A DNA stretch of 64,000 bases from Calditrichaceae bacterium (GTDB lineage: Bacteria; Calditrichota; Calditrichia; Calditrichales; JBFXGD01). The stretch is taken from assembly GCA_050173015.1 (NCBI GenBank), contig JBFXLE010000004.1, positions 96,001 to 160,000 of the forward strand, written 5' to 3'. Below the pieces are notes generated by a model. That model had not been told where the DNA came from and searched no databases. It saw only the letters and a list, made by a program, of their open reading frames with translations. Every line of letters starts with the position of its first letter. Position 1 is the stretch's first letter. Of the stretch, positions 8,678-18,012 are shown piece by piece. A program made the position numbers and the translations under genes.

Positions 8678-9631
8678 ATGAAAGAAATAACCATCACATC
8701 AGGGAGAATGAATCCGGGTATTGATCCGGTGCTTCATGCATGGGGTTGGGAAATCCCTGTTTACCTGTTTCTTGGAGGGCTTGTTGCCGGTATTCTGTTC
8801 TTCTCAACTCTATATTATATCCGCGGCCGACAGAATGACTACCCGACAGCGGTGAAAATCGCGCCGTTATTTGTCCCCGTGTTTTTATCAATCGGATTGC
8901 TGGCGTTGTTTCTCGATTTGTCGCATAAACTCTATTTTTGGCGACTGTACACGACAGTCCGGTGGGAGTCACCGATGTCCTGGGGCGCGTGGACGCTTCT
9001 TTTAATCTTTCCGCTCTCCATACTCTGGATCGCAACATGGATCGAGGATGTATTTCCTAAATGGAACTGGAAATATAAAATATTAAAAATCAGCGCGGAT
9101 TTACTAAAAAATTACCGCAAACTTCTGGCCTGGTCGGTTATGATCCTCGCGCTTATTCTCGGTATGTACACAGGTATTCTGCTTTCCGCCTTTAATGCGC
9201 GTCCATTCTGGAACACATCGATACTCGGGCCCTTATTTCTGGTTTCCGGTTTATCCACAGGAACGGCGTTCATCATTTTGCTGTCAAAATCTCATGAAGA
9301 GAAGAAAAGGTTCAGTCAGATTGATTTAACCCTGATTGGTGCGGAGCTGTTCTTAATCGTTCATATGTTTATGGGATTTCTGGCCAGCACCGAGGTCCAT
9401 ATTCAGGCCGCGGAACTTTTCCTCGGCGGACCGTACACCGCTGTATTCTGGACATTTATCGTCGGATTAGGGCTGGTGATTCCGCTTATTGTAGAGCTTC
9501 TGGAACTTCGCGGCGTGAAGATTCCTTTGCAAATTCCGGCATTGCTTGTGCTTATGGGCGGATTTATTCTGAGATTCATTGTTGTTGACGCCGGGCAGAC
9601 TTCGAGATGGCTGTATAAGTTTTTGGAGTAG
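8678..9631 (+). CDS. psrC: NrfD/PsrC membrane anchor
   Basis: WGWEIPVYLFLGGL, SPMSWGAW, YTGILLS..RPFW; multiple TM helices. Confidence 0.88.
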   Translation: MKEITITSGRMNPGIDPVLHAWGWEIPVYLFLGGLVAGILFFSTLYYIRGRQNDYPTAVKIAPLFVPVFLSIGLLALFLDLSHKLYFWRLYTTVRWESPMSWGAWTLLLIFPLSILWIATWIEDVFPKWNWKYKILKISADLLKNYRKLLAWSVMILALILGMYTGILLSAFNARPFWNTSILGPLFLVSGLSTGTAFIILLSKSHEEKKRFSQIDLTLIGAELFLIVHMFMGFLASTEVHIQAAELFLGGPYTAVFWTFIVGLGLVIPLIVELLELRGVKIPLQIPALLVLMGGFILRFIVVDAGQTSRWLYKFLE

Positions 9632-9641
9632 GGAGGAAGAA

Positions 9642-10178
9642 GAAGTAGGAAGTAAGAAGTAGGAAGTAGGAAGGTTAAGAAAAAAGAAAAAAGAAAAAAG
9701 AAAAAAGATTAAGAACGGTCTGAACCTGGATTAAAATGATTAAATGATTTGGATGATTAAGAAATTGGAAATCAGAGTTGTCATTTAATCAGTCGAATCA
9801 GAGTTCAGACAAAGAAGTAAGAAGTAGGAAGTTGGAAGTGGGAAGTGGGAAGGTTAAGAAAAAAGAAAAAAGAAAAAAGATTAAGAACGGTCTGAACCGG
9901 GATTAAAATGATTAAATGATTTGGATGATTAAGAAATTGGAAATCAGAGTTGTCATTTAATCAGTCGAATCAGAGTTCAGACAAAGAAGTAAGAAGTAGG
10001 AAGTAAGAAGTAGGAAGTGGGAAGGTTAAGAAAAAAGAAAAATGAAAAAAGATTAAGAACGGTCTGAACCGGGATTAAAATGATTAAATGATTTGGATGA
10101 TTAAGAAATTGGAAATCAGAGTTGTCATTTAATCAGTCGAATCAGAGTTCAGACAAAGAAGTAAGAAGTAGGAAGGTT
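9642..10178. repeat. tandem array: three 93-bp imperfect inverted-repeat units at 172-bp period, separated by purine-rich heptamer runs
   Basis: Units GTCTGAAC...GTTCAGAC at 9718-9810, 9890-9982 and 10062-10154; linkers of GAAGTNN and AAGAAAA heptamers. Confidence 0.95.
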
Positions 10179-10279
10179 TAAAAAAAATATTGGGTGAGGA
10201 AGTCCGTGCCCAAAGAAAAAAGTGGATCTTAAAATAAATATAAAGAATAATTCCGGGTTTTAACGAGAGGAATCAAAAG

Positions 10280-10783
10280 ATGAAAGAACAAAAGTATTGG
10301 TCACCCTATTTATCAGGAATTGGCCTGGGGATTACACTCTTGCTGGCTTTTGTGATTATGGGGCGGGGACTTGGCGCTTCCGGTGCCATGATGAGGTTTG
10401 AAGTCTGGTTTCTAAACCTGTTCGCAGCCGATCATGTGGCGGCAAATCCTTATTTTAGCAAATATGCAAATAATCCTTTGTCAAACTGGCTGATTTTTGA
10501 AGTAATTGGTGTCATTATCGGCGGATTTTTATCAGGGGCTCTCGCGGGACGCCTGAAATTTAAAATCGGCAAAGGTCCGAATATTTCAAACAAAGGGCGT
10601 TTAGCTCTTGCTTTTGGTGGAGGCGCCTTAATGGGATTCGCCGCGCGTTTGGCGCGAGGATGTACCAGTGGTCTTGCGCTTACCGGTGGGGCGACGCTCG
10701 CTCTTGGAGGCTGGGTTTTTATGCTGATGATCTTCGCGGGTGGATACATGACCGCATATTTCGTCCGGAGACAGTGGTTATAA
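10280..10783 (+). CDS. YeeE/YedE (TsuA-like) sulfur/thiosulfate transporter, half 1
   Basis: GLGASG, FGGGALMGFAARLARGCTSG. Confidence 0.88.
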   Translation: MKEQKYWSPYLSGIGLGITLLLAFVIMGRGLGASGAMMRFEVWFLNLFAADHVAANPYFSKYANNPLSNWLIFEVIGVIIGGFLSGALAGRLKFKIGKGPNISNKGRLALAFGGGALMGFAARLARGCTSGLALTGGATLALGGWVFMLMIFAGGYMTAYFVRRQWL

Positions 10784-10859
10784 ATCAATGATCGTCAAAG
10801 GGAATATGATCTGATAAGAATTTTAGATCTTCTCGGAAATTTAAATGATGGAGAAAACT

Positions 10860-11450
10860 ATGGCACCCTTTTTTAAAATGGGATTTTTTGGAGAGCAGAC
10901 AAGTTTTATAATCGCTCTGATCCTTGGTATCAGTTTTGGTTTCTGGCTGGAAAGAGCCGGTTTTGGCGACAGCCGTAAATTAGCCCTTCAATTTTATTTT
11001 GAAGATATGACGGTCCTGAAAGTCATGTTTACGGCCATACTGGTGGCGATGGTAGGAATGATGTATATGACCTTGTTTGGCTATCTCGATATTGAAAAAG
11101 TATATATCAATCCGACATATATCTGGGCTCAGACAATCGGCGGACTCGTTTTGGGAGTCGGTTTCGCGATCGGCGGATATTGCCCGGGTACCTCAGTTGT
11201 GGGCGCGGCGACTGGAAGAATTGACGGTTTTGTGTATATTTTGGGAGCTCTGTTCGGGATGTTCGTGTTTGGGGAGATGTTCCCGTTCATCGAAGAGTTC
11301 TATTATGCCGGTTTCATGGGTAACGCGAAGCTGACCGACTTTTTTGGTCTTTCCACCGGTGTGGTGGGACTTCTCGTTATTCTGATGGCCGTGGGTATGT
11401 TTTACGGCGGTGAATGGTTGGAGAGAAAGTTCAGGAAGGAGACTGTATAA
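10860..11450 (+). CDS. YeeE/YedE sulfur transporter, half 2
   Basis: FGFWLERAGF, DMTVLKVMF, GFAIGGYCPGT. Confidence 0.88.
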   Translation: MAPFFKMGFFGEQTSFIIALILGISFGFWLERAGFGDSRKLALQFYFEDMTVLKVMFTAILVAMVGMMYMTLFGYLDIEKVYINPTYIWAQTIGGLVLGVGFAIGGYCPGTSVVGAATGRIDGFVYILGALFGMFVFGEMFPFIEEFYYAGFMGNAKLTDFFGLSTGVVGLLVILMAVGMFYGGEWLERKFRKETV

Positions 11451-12076
11451 TGACATTTTCAAGCAAAACTCTCGGTTTTGGTTTGTTGGTTTTATTGGGT
11501 CTGATTCTGGCATTCTCACCCGTGGATAAGATGAGCCGGAAGCCGGTTACAGCCGAACAACTGATCAAAGAAATCACGACAAAAAAAGATTTTGTTCAGC
11601 CGGAAGACCTGGCGCACTGGATTATTGATAAAGATCCGGGTTTTCAGGTGATTGATGTCCGGTCAAAGGATGACTATGCAAAATATCATATTCCCGGAAG
11701 TGTCAGCATTCCGCTTGAGAAATTGGTCGATTCAGAGAGCAGGGACTATATCTATGCGAATAAAATGTTGATTCTTACTTCAAACGGAAACACAAATGCA
11801 TCCCAGGCCTGGATTTTTATGAAGCAATTGGGATATAAGGAAGTTTATATTCTTTCGGGCGGAATGAATTACTGGGTAGATGTTTTTAGCAATCCTAATC
11901 CTCCGGAAGGTAGCTACACGGACGATGAACTCTTCACTTACCAGTTCCGAAAAGCGGCTGGGCCGGTGATGATGGGAACGGCGGTCGCTACTTCATCCGA
12001 AGTAACAATTGAAGCGCCGGCTCCTGTAAAAAGAGCAATCAGGATGCCAAAGAAAAAGCGTGATGAGGGATGTTAA
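11450..12076 (+). CDS. membrane-anchored/exported rhodanese-domain protein with C-terminal Cys
   Basis: N-terminal hydrophobic helix, VIDVRS..YHIPGS, LSGGMNYW; ends KKKRDEGC. Confidence 0.85.
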   Translation: MTFSSKTLGFGLLVLLGLILAFSPVDKMSRKPVTAEQLIKEITTKKDFVQPEDLAHWIIDKDPGFQVIDVRSKDDYAKYHIPGSVSIPLEKLVDSESRDYIYANKMLILTSNGNTNASQAWIFMKQLGYKEVYILSGGMNYWVDVFSNPNPPEGSYTDDELFTYQFRKAAGPVMMGTAVATSSEVTIEAPAPVKRAIRMPKKKRDEGC

Positions 12077-12085
12077 GATTACCTG

Positions 12086-12120
12086 AAGCAGGGCAGATAA
12101 TTTCTGCTCTGCTTTTTTTT
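12086..12120 (+). terminator. intrinsic terminator between the convergent operons
   Basis: AAGCAGGGCAGA-TAATT-TCTGCTCTGCTT followed by a T run. Confidence 0.75.
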
Positions 12121-13759
12121 ATTTGTTGAATAGTTCTTCTATGCCGTCGTTTTTAAATGCCCTTGTCCGCCACTTTTTGTAATCCGCCGATTTTTCCAAC
12201 AATCTTCGTTGTTCCTGACTGTTTAATAAACGGCTTCCCGGTATAACAGGTTCGGTCGGCAGAGTTATTGAATTTGAAACGGAGTTCGAAAAAGCATTGC
12301 GAATTCCCAATCCGGCGGCTTTGGTATTACCGTGACAGCTTTCACAGACGCGCCCACTCTTCCCGGTTGTGTGGGGTGTGTACGCATCCCATGACCAACC
12401 GGGGCGCCCGTCAGATCTTTTCGGGATGACCGAATCAAGCCATAAATTTTCACTGGAATCCACATACGTTATAAAATACTGATGTAGCGGTCGGATAATT
12501 GAGTATTTTCCATTGGAATTTACTCCCAGCACGGGATCTTCCCATCGTCTGAACGACCAGCCTTTATACCAGATTCCGGTTGATTCCACACCTGTTAAAC
12601 GATTGGGCGAATGAGCGGTTGGCCGTACTGTCGGATCAATCAGAAACATATCGGTCAATAAATTGATAACGGATTTATCTCCCTGCCAAATCAAATTTTC
12701 CCATATTTCATAATGTTTGGTTTCATCCAGAAAAAGATGAAGACCGTAATCCTGGTATGACCATTGCGCGTGACACGAACCGCAGGTTAAATCCGCGTGA
12801 AAATCCATATGTGATATGATGTCTTTATTAAATTTTATTACATCTTTTTTATTTGGAGCTTGTTTAAATCCGCCGTGGCAATTTTCGCACCTGATATCCG
12901 AAGGCTGCTCTCCAAATTTTCTATTTCGGAAATCACCCATGACACTCTGTGAAGTGTGACAGTCAAGACATGTCATACCCGCATTCTGATGCACATCGGT
13001 AGCGAGACGGTGCTGATAGGCGCCGAAGAAGGGTTGGCTTCCGTAAGGCGTCGCGTATTCCTGATGATAGTCATGTTCAAAATAACCATAATAGTCACCA
13101 CCGATATGATTATTTGAATGACAAGTCAGACAGGTTTTATCCACAACTTTTTTCTGCATTTTATGACCATGCAGGGGCTCACCATTTTTCTGATCGAAGG
13201 GAATATGACAAGATGCGCATCCGCCGGCTCTTATTTTACCAGGCTGCTCATCCTTCCCTGAAGCGTTAAAGTGACAGGAAAGACATTTTTTTGCCAGCAG
13301 ATTGTCCACGAGCTCCGGAGGGGTCGTACCTGTGGCGCGTCCTGTTCTGCCCAGCAGTTTCCATTGATCGGGATCAGGATTCGTAACAAGCGTTTTGTCT
13401 TTTCCCCAAAGATATCTGGTCTGTGAGATCATTCCCCCGGCAGAGTAGTGAAGGCTGTTTTTAAATTGAGTGATTTCTTTTTGATGACAGCTGAGACATT
13501 TTTCACGCCACCATTTTTCTAATGAAGGATTTTGTATCACACGCGAATGACCTGCCTGATCGGGTTGAAAATCAGCGTTTGGTGAGGAATGACAGTCCGC
13601 GCAGGTAATATTGCAGCTGGATTCAATACCCTTATGACAATCAACGCAGTTCTCGCCCGCGTATCCGGCGGACACGACCATGAGCAATAAAACCTGAAGG
13701 CTTATTTGTCGGATTAACCTCACAGAATAACAACTCTTAATCATCAATTTTTTCTGCAT
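12119..13759 (-). CDS. multiheme cytochrome c (10 CxxCH)
   Basis: Counted CVDCH, CADCH, CLSCH x2, CASCH, CLTCH, CLDCH, CENCH, CGSCH, CESCH; signal-like N-terminus. Confidence 0.9.
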   Translation of the reverse strand: MQKKLMIKSCYSVRLIRQISLQVLLLMVVSAGYAGENCVDCHKGIESSCNITCADCHSSPNADFQPDQAGHSRVIQNPSLEKWWREKCLSCHQKEITQFKNSLHYSAGGMISQTRYLWGKDKTLVTNPDPDQWKLLGRTGRATGTTPPELVDNLLAKKCLSCHFNASGKDEQPGKIRAGGCASCHIPFDQKNGEPLHGHKMQKKVVDKTCLTCHSNNHIGGDYYGYFEHDYHQEYATPYGSQPFFGAYQHRLATDVHQNAGMTCLDCHTSQSVMGDFRNRKFGEQPSDIRCENCHGGFKQAPNKKDVIKFNKDIISHMDFHADLTCGSCHAQWSYQDYGLHLFLDETKHYEIWENLIWQGDKSVINLLTDMFLIDPTVRPTAHSPNRLTGVESTGIWYKGWSFRRWEDPVLGVNSNGKYSIIRPLHQYFITYVDSSENLWLDSVIPKRSDGRPGWSWDAYTPHTTGKSGRVCESCHGNTKAAGLGIRNAFSNSVSNSITLPTEPVIPGSRLLNSQEQRRLLEKSADYKKWRTRAFKNDGIEELFNK

Positions 13760-15522
13760 GGCAGGTGGCTCTCATTCCGGTACCTTTCGATACTTTGTTC
13801 AAAATTTCTATAAATGGCGTCATTATAGGTATCATGACAGGTGATACAAAGACTAACCCTGTAAATGTTTTTGATCTCTTTCATGTCAAACGGGCGGGCG
13901 GTGAGTCTTGACATGCGTTGGGTCAGCCTGCCCTGACCATCGGTCATCATCTCAAGGCTAGTTTTCCCAAGGCCGGCCGTTTGCGTATCGTACAGTTGCT
14001 GTGTTTCGAAACCATTTTCTCGCGGTTTCAGAAATCCTTCTCCCATTCCTAGACGCTTGATATTACTGTGGCAATCTATACATTCCGGCACTGATTTTCT
14101 TGTAGAATGCGGATCAAACGGGGCCATGGTCAGCCAGGTTTTTTGCTGTCTGATCTGCAAAGAGTCATTCAGTTCGGTTAAATACACCTGGCATCCGGGA
14201 GCGAAGGGCATAACCCGATCCAGATTGTCCACACCGAGTGTGGGTTTTTCATAGCGCAGGTATGAGCGTCCCTCACGCCAGTGGCCGAATGTTTCCTCAT
14301 TGCTGACTTTGTCAAGCTGTTTTTTGGTGGGATCGTAAATATCATGACAACCGTAACACTGCGGCGTATAAGCGGAGTGACAGGACTGACATCCCATCCT
14401 ATCATGTCCCTGAAAATTACAGGCTTCATTATTTTTGTTTTGCGGAATTTCCAGCTCTTTACCGTCAAGTTTTCTGGTCAGCACGGGCTTTCCCGACCGC
14501 ATTTCTACATTGGCGTAAAATGAACCGCGGGTTGTTCTTGCCAACAGGGAATCATCCGGCATCATAAGATTTTGGTTGACAGATATAATTTTCCATACAA
14601 TATTATCCGCGGGAGGACGTTCAAATTCCGCGTCATGACAGTCTTCACATTTGATATGCACCTGCTGTTCAAGGTGCTCGTATCTTTTGCCGTCTCCCAT
14701 GATATCTTCCGCGACATGGCAGTCGATACAGGTCATTCCCGCGTCAAAATGGACATCCGCTGTTATATGATAGTAAAATCTGCCGCCTGAGAGTTCCATT
14801 TGGGAAGTATTTCCGCCCTCATAGGGTGTGCCGTATCCTTCTGATTCAAATTTTCCCTGATAGGTCAGCGCTGTTCTGTTGGAGCGGTTATGGCATTTTT
14901 CACAGGTCGGGATATCGATTTCCACACTCAGCGTTGGATGTATTTTCAAATTCTCGTTTTTCACCAGGTGACAATCGTTGCATCCGCCACCGCGTTCTCC
15001 GATTTCTCCGGGGAAATCATTTTCGCGTTTATTGATATGACAACTCGCGCAAAGCTTTCGGAGATGCGAGGTCGCCAGCGAAGTGTCCGGAATGTTCTGA
15101 TCTATATGAAGCGTGGAATCATCGGGAGTTGATTTTTCATACCATTGATAGAGAGTTGACGCAACCAGTCCTGAATTTGAAGTCATTATGGAATTTTTAA
15201 CGGAATGCGCCAGATCGGAATGGCATTCGCTTTTACCGCAGGTTTGGTCAACCCAGTGTAGATCGGATGGATTCCTGACCATGCCGTAGTGCGCGTTTCT
15301 TTCATCGGCTGCATCCGGATTTCCGAGATGACAGGTGTAACATCCAAAGATTTTATTTGGGTGTGAAGAACTCATATCCTTCTCATCAGCATGACAGGAA
15401 ATACAGCGGTCAGGCCGATTAAGGGCGTTTATGTTATCATTCGTGCCGTTATTCTGTATGGTTAAAATGATAACCAGAAGAAGAATCAAAATTGAAAGAA
15501 TTAAATATGTCCGGGGTTTCAT
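13744..15522 (-). CDS. membrane-anchored multiheme cytochrome c (11 CxxCH + one CX4CH)
   Basis: CISCH, CYTCH, CGKSECH, CASCH, CNDCH, CEKCH, CIDCH x2, CEDCH, CQSCH, CYGCH, CITCH; N-terminal TM helix; start MKPRT overlaps the cytochrome b stop. Confidence 0.9.
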   Translation of the reverse strand: MKPRTYLILSILILLLVIILTIQNNGTNDNINALNRPDRCISCHADEKDMSSSHPNKIFGCYTCHLGNPDAADERNAHYGMVRNPSDLHWVDQTCGKSECHSDLAHSVKNSIMTSNSGLVASTLYQWYEKSTPDDSTLHIDQNIPDTSLATSHLRKLCASCHINKRENDFPGEIGERGGGCNDCHLVKNENLKIHPTLSVEIDIPTCEKCHNRSNRTALTYQGKFESEGYGTPYEGGNTSQMELSGGRFYYHITADVHFDAGMTCIDCHVAEDIMGDGKRYEHLEQQVHIKCEDCHDAEFERPPADNIVWKIISVNQNLMMPDDSLLARTTRGSFYANVEMRSGKPVLTRKLDGKELEIPQNKNNEACNFQGHDRMGCQSCHSAYTPQCYGCHDIYDPTKKQLDKVSNEETFGHWREGRSYLRYEKPTLGVDNLDRVMPFAPGCQVYLTELNDSLQIRQQKTWLTMAPFDPHSTRKSVPECIDCHSNIKRLGMGEGFLKPRENGFETQQLYDTQTAGLGKTSLEMMTDGQGRLTQRMSRLTARPFDMKEIKNIYRVSLCITCHDTYNDAIYRNFEQSIERYRNESHLPCRKN

Positions 15523-16430
15523 CTGTTTAAAAATTGCCATCCATCCCCTCGAAAATATGTACCAATGATGCTTTCAATCATATAAATAATAATCATAAGG
15601 AGTATAAAATACAGCACGGACTTTTCAAATTTCTTTACTACCGGTAACAGAAAGAAGGCGATGAGTATCAGCGAGGGGAAAACAACACCAGCGATCGAAA
15701 CCGGCAGCCAGGCAAGAAGTTCCTGCAATCCGATGAAGTACCAGGGTCCTTTTACAACTTCAATAACCGCGTCCGGTCTGAATCCCAGTTTTGCGGGAAA
15801 CAAAATTGCAAAAAGTGAGATCAATATGATTGTATATGCAAACGCGTACCGCTCCGATTTTAATCTGTGAATATGAATATAGGTAAGAATCACGGATAAG
15901 ATTGAAAAAGTGGCCGCGTGATGCGTATAGATTACCGCCAGCGGTGTTGTTGAACGTTCCGACTGCAGGAGAAAGTTTGACAGAGTATTCCCAAGCGCGG
16001 GAAGCGTTTGCAGGATTCCGTCAAAGATATGCACCGCGGAAAAACTTTCCTTGCTGCCGATACTTAAAAATCCGCTGAAGACGGTAAGAATGGAGATTAC
16101 GAACAGAATGATAAGCAATCCCCATGATTTCATGGTATAGCTTTGATAAGTTTTTTTTAAAAGATATTCAATGATATGGATGACTGTTGAAATTAGAAAT
16201 ATATCACCCGCGTAAGAATGGAAACCGTGTAAAAAAGCACCCATATAGCCGGCGCTGATGAATTGACTGACACTCCGGAATGGATCGTCGCCGGAAATAT
16301 AGAAGGGTATGAGCATTAATCCTGAAATCAGGGCTAATACAAGGCTGCTGAGTGAAATTTCCCCCCAGCCCGGCATCCACAATGTTTTTTCAAAAAAGAC
16401 TGATCGGTTCAAGATTTTATCCATTTTCAA
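15519..16430 (-). CDS. cytochrome b of a Rieske/cytochrome b complex
   Basis: His pairs FHSYAGDIFLISTVIH and HHAATFSILSVILTYIH; KGPWYF at the PEWY position. Confidence 0.82.
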   Translation of the reverse strand: MKMDKILNRSVFFEKTLWMPGWGEISLSSLVLALISGLMLIPFYISGDDPFRSVSQFISAGYMGAFLHGFHSYAGDIFLISTVIHIIEYLLKKTYQSYTMKSWGLLIILFVISILTVFSGFLSIGSKESFSAVHIFDGILQTLPALGNTLSNFLLQSERSTTPLAVIYTHHAATFSILSVILTYIHIHRLKSERYAFAYTIILISLFAILFPAKLGFRPDAVIEVVKGPWYFIGLQELLAWLPVSIAGVVFPSLILIAFFLLPVVKKFEKSVLYFILLMIIIYMIESIIGTYFRGDGWQFLNR

Positions 16431-16436
16431 AAAAGA

Positions 16437-16832
16437 TCAAATAATTATCTCAATATCATTCGTTTCGTTGAGTTTATAATCCAGATCGGTCAGATTTTTT
16501 TTTGCCGGTCCGGATAAATAATTCCCTTCATTGTCAAATTTGCTGCCGTGACAGGGGCAGATGAACATTTTGCTGTTTTCGTTAAAATTTACGGTGCATC
16601 CCAAATGAGTACATTTTTTTGAAATGATGCGCAATTTTTGATGGTCAGTTCTGACAAAGAAAAATTCGGTTTCCTTCAGGTCTTTCAATTTTAATTTTAG
16701 AACATGTTTCTTTTGGGAAATACGATTTAAAAAACCGGAAAATGGAAAATACAAAAGACCTGCAGCCAGAAATAAAATTCTCCGGCCTAATGTATGTAAA
16801 AATGTGCGGCGTTTGTAAGTGTTTTCCGACAT
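16437..16832 (-). CDS. Rieske 2Fe-2S subunit
   Basis: KRRTFL Tat-like motif, CTHLGC, CPCHGSKF. Confidence 0.92.
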   Translation of the reverse strand: MSENTYKRRTFLHTLGRRILFLAAGLLYFPFSGFLNRISQKKHVLKLKLKDLKETEFFFVRTDHQKLRIISKKCTHLGCTVNFNENSKMFICPCHGSKFDNEGNYLSGPAKKNLTDLDYKLNETNDIEIII

Positions 16833-16872
16833 ATCAATTATTTTTTTGTGAGACTATTTTATATGATAAGGG

Positions 16873-18012
16873 TTAGATCCCCGATGAGTCATTCTTCTCC
16901 CGGACAGTTGTTTCGACTGTTAAAACCTGGATGAAGAGCTGTGTCATAAAACTGTCCAATCTCCTGATTCCCTTATTATCTCCGGATACGATCCAGCTTT
17001 GCCGGATAATTTGTTTAAATAAGGGGAACAATCCAATTATAGATTCAATTTCCGGCGAATAGTGTATTTTTTTTCTGCTCAAATATGACCTGAGTTTGTT
17101 GATCACTATCGGTCCTAATATAAAGTACCAGATAGTCATTATAAGAACGGATCTCGCTACCATTAATAAAGCTGCTGTTCCTTGGTTTTTCTCAAATACG
17201 GGAAAAATATAGGACAAAATCAGGATCGATGATATAATCACGAGTAGCATTATATTGGAAAATTTATGCCAGGGACGTTTTCTTTTCTTTTTTTTCGGAG
17301 GATTATCCGCTTTATCAGAATCCACAGTCAGATTCAACGATACCGGATTGTTTTTTAATTCGTTTTTTATTTTAACGCTAAGGATAGGCGCCCAAACACC
17401 TGCCGATACACCGGCCGCAACGTGAATGCCTACATATAGAATGATAAATAAGGCGCTGATGCTGAGTGGCAGGGAATCCGTTCCTGAAAGAAAAAGTTGA
17501 CCAAGAATATATTCTGTAAACAAGTCAATCGAATTCCACAGATTATTACCGAAAACAACGGTCAAAATGATGATTTTCTGAATTCCCGATTGAAACAAGG
17601 CCAGAGCTCCGAGGATGGGAGCGGCTATACCGGGGTATTTTATCCATCGGAATATAAATTCACCGAACAAACCCTGCAAACCCACGGCGATATACGCGGT
17701 AATCGGTGTGTGTGGACTGACAAGACCTTTCACAATTAAAACCAATAGAGTGGCGCGGAGAATGGTGTTTTTTTTATCCGAAAAACAAGCGATAAGCGTC
17801 ATAAATATCACAGCGCTGCTGCCGATTATCAATCCGGTGAACGGGATTTTAAATGCATGCAGAATGCCTCCGAGTCCTGCTTCGCTTAAGGCCCAAAGCG
17901 CTGTAATTCGGTCGATAGCTCTCGTACGGGAAAAGTAATACCCGGCCGGAGAATCATTGGTAATCATTGTATTTTTGATGGGATTATTCATTTTTCTTGC
18001 TTCAGGTATCAC
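16873..18012 (-). CDS. uncharacterised polytopic membrane protein
   Basis: 379-aa ORF with many TM segments (ALWALSEAGLGGILH..); 4-nt overlap with mobA. Confidence 0.7.
   Translation of the reverse strand: MIPEARKMNNPIKNTMITNDSPAGYYFSRTRAIDRITALWALSEAGLGGILHAFKIPFTGLIIGSSAVIFMTLIACFSDKKNTILRATLLVLIVKGLVSPHTPITAYIAVGLQGLFGEFIFRWIKYPGIAAPILGALALFQSGIQKIIILTVVFGNNLWNSIDLFTEYILGQLFLSGTDSLPLSISALFIILYVGIHVAAGVSAGVWAPILSVKIKNELKNNPVSLNLTVDSDKADNPPKKKKRKRPWHKFSNIMLLVIISSILILSYIFPVFEKNQGTAALLMVARSVLIMTIWYFILGPIVINKLRSYLSRKKIHYSPEIESIIGLFPLFKQIIRQSWIVSGDNKGIRRLDSFMTQLFIQVLTVETTVREKNDSSGI

Noticed and set aside
9642-10178. CRISPR array
   Set aside because: Repeats are 93 bp, spacers are near-identical low-complexity heptamers, and no cas genes are present.
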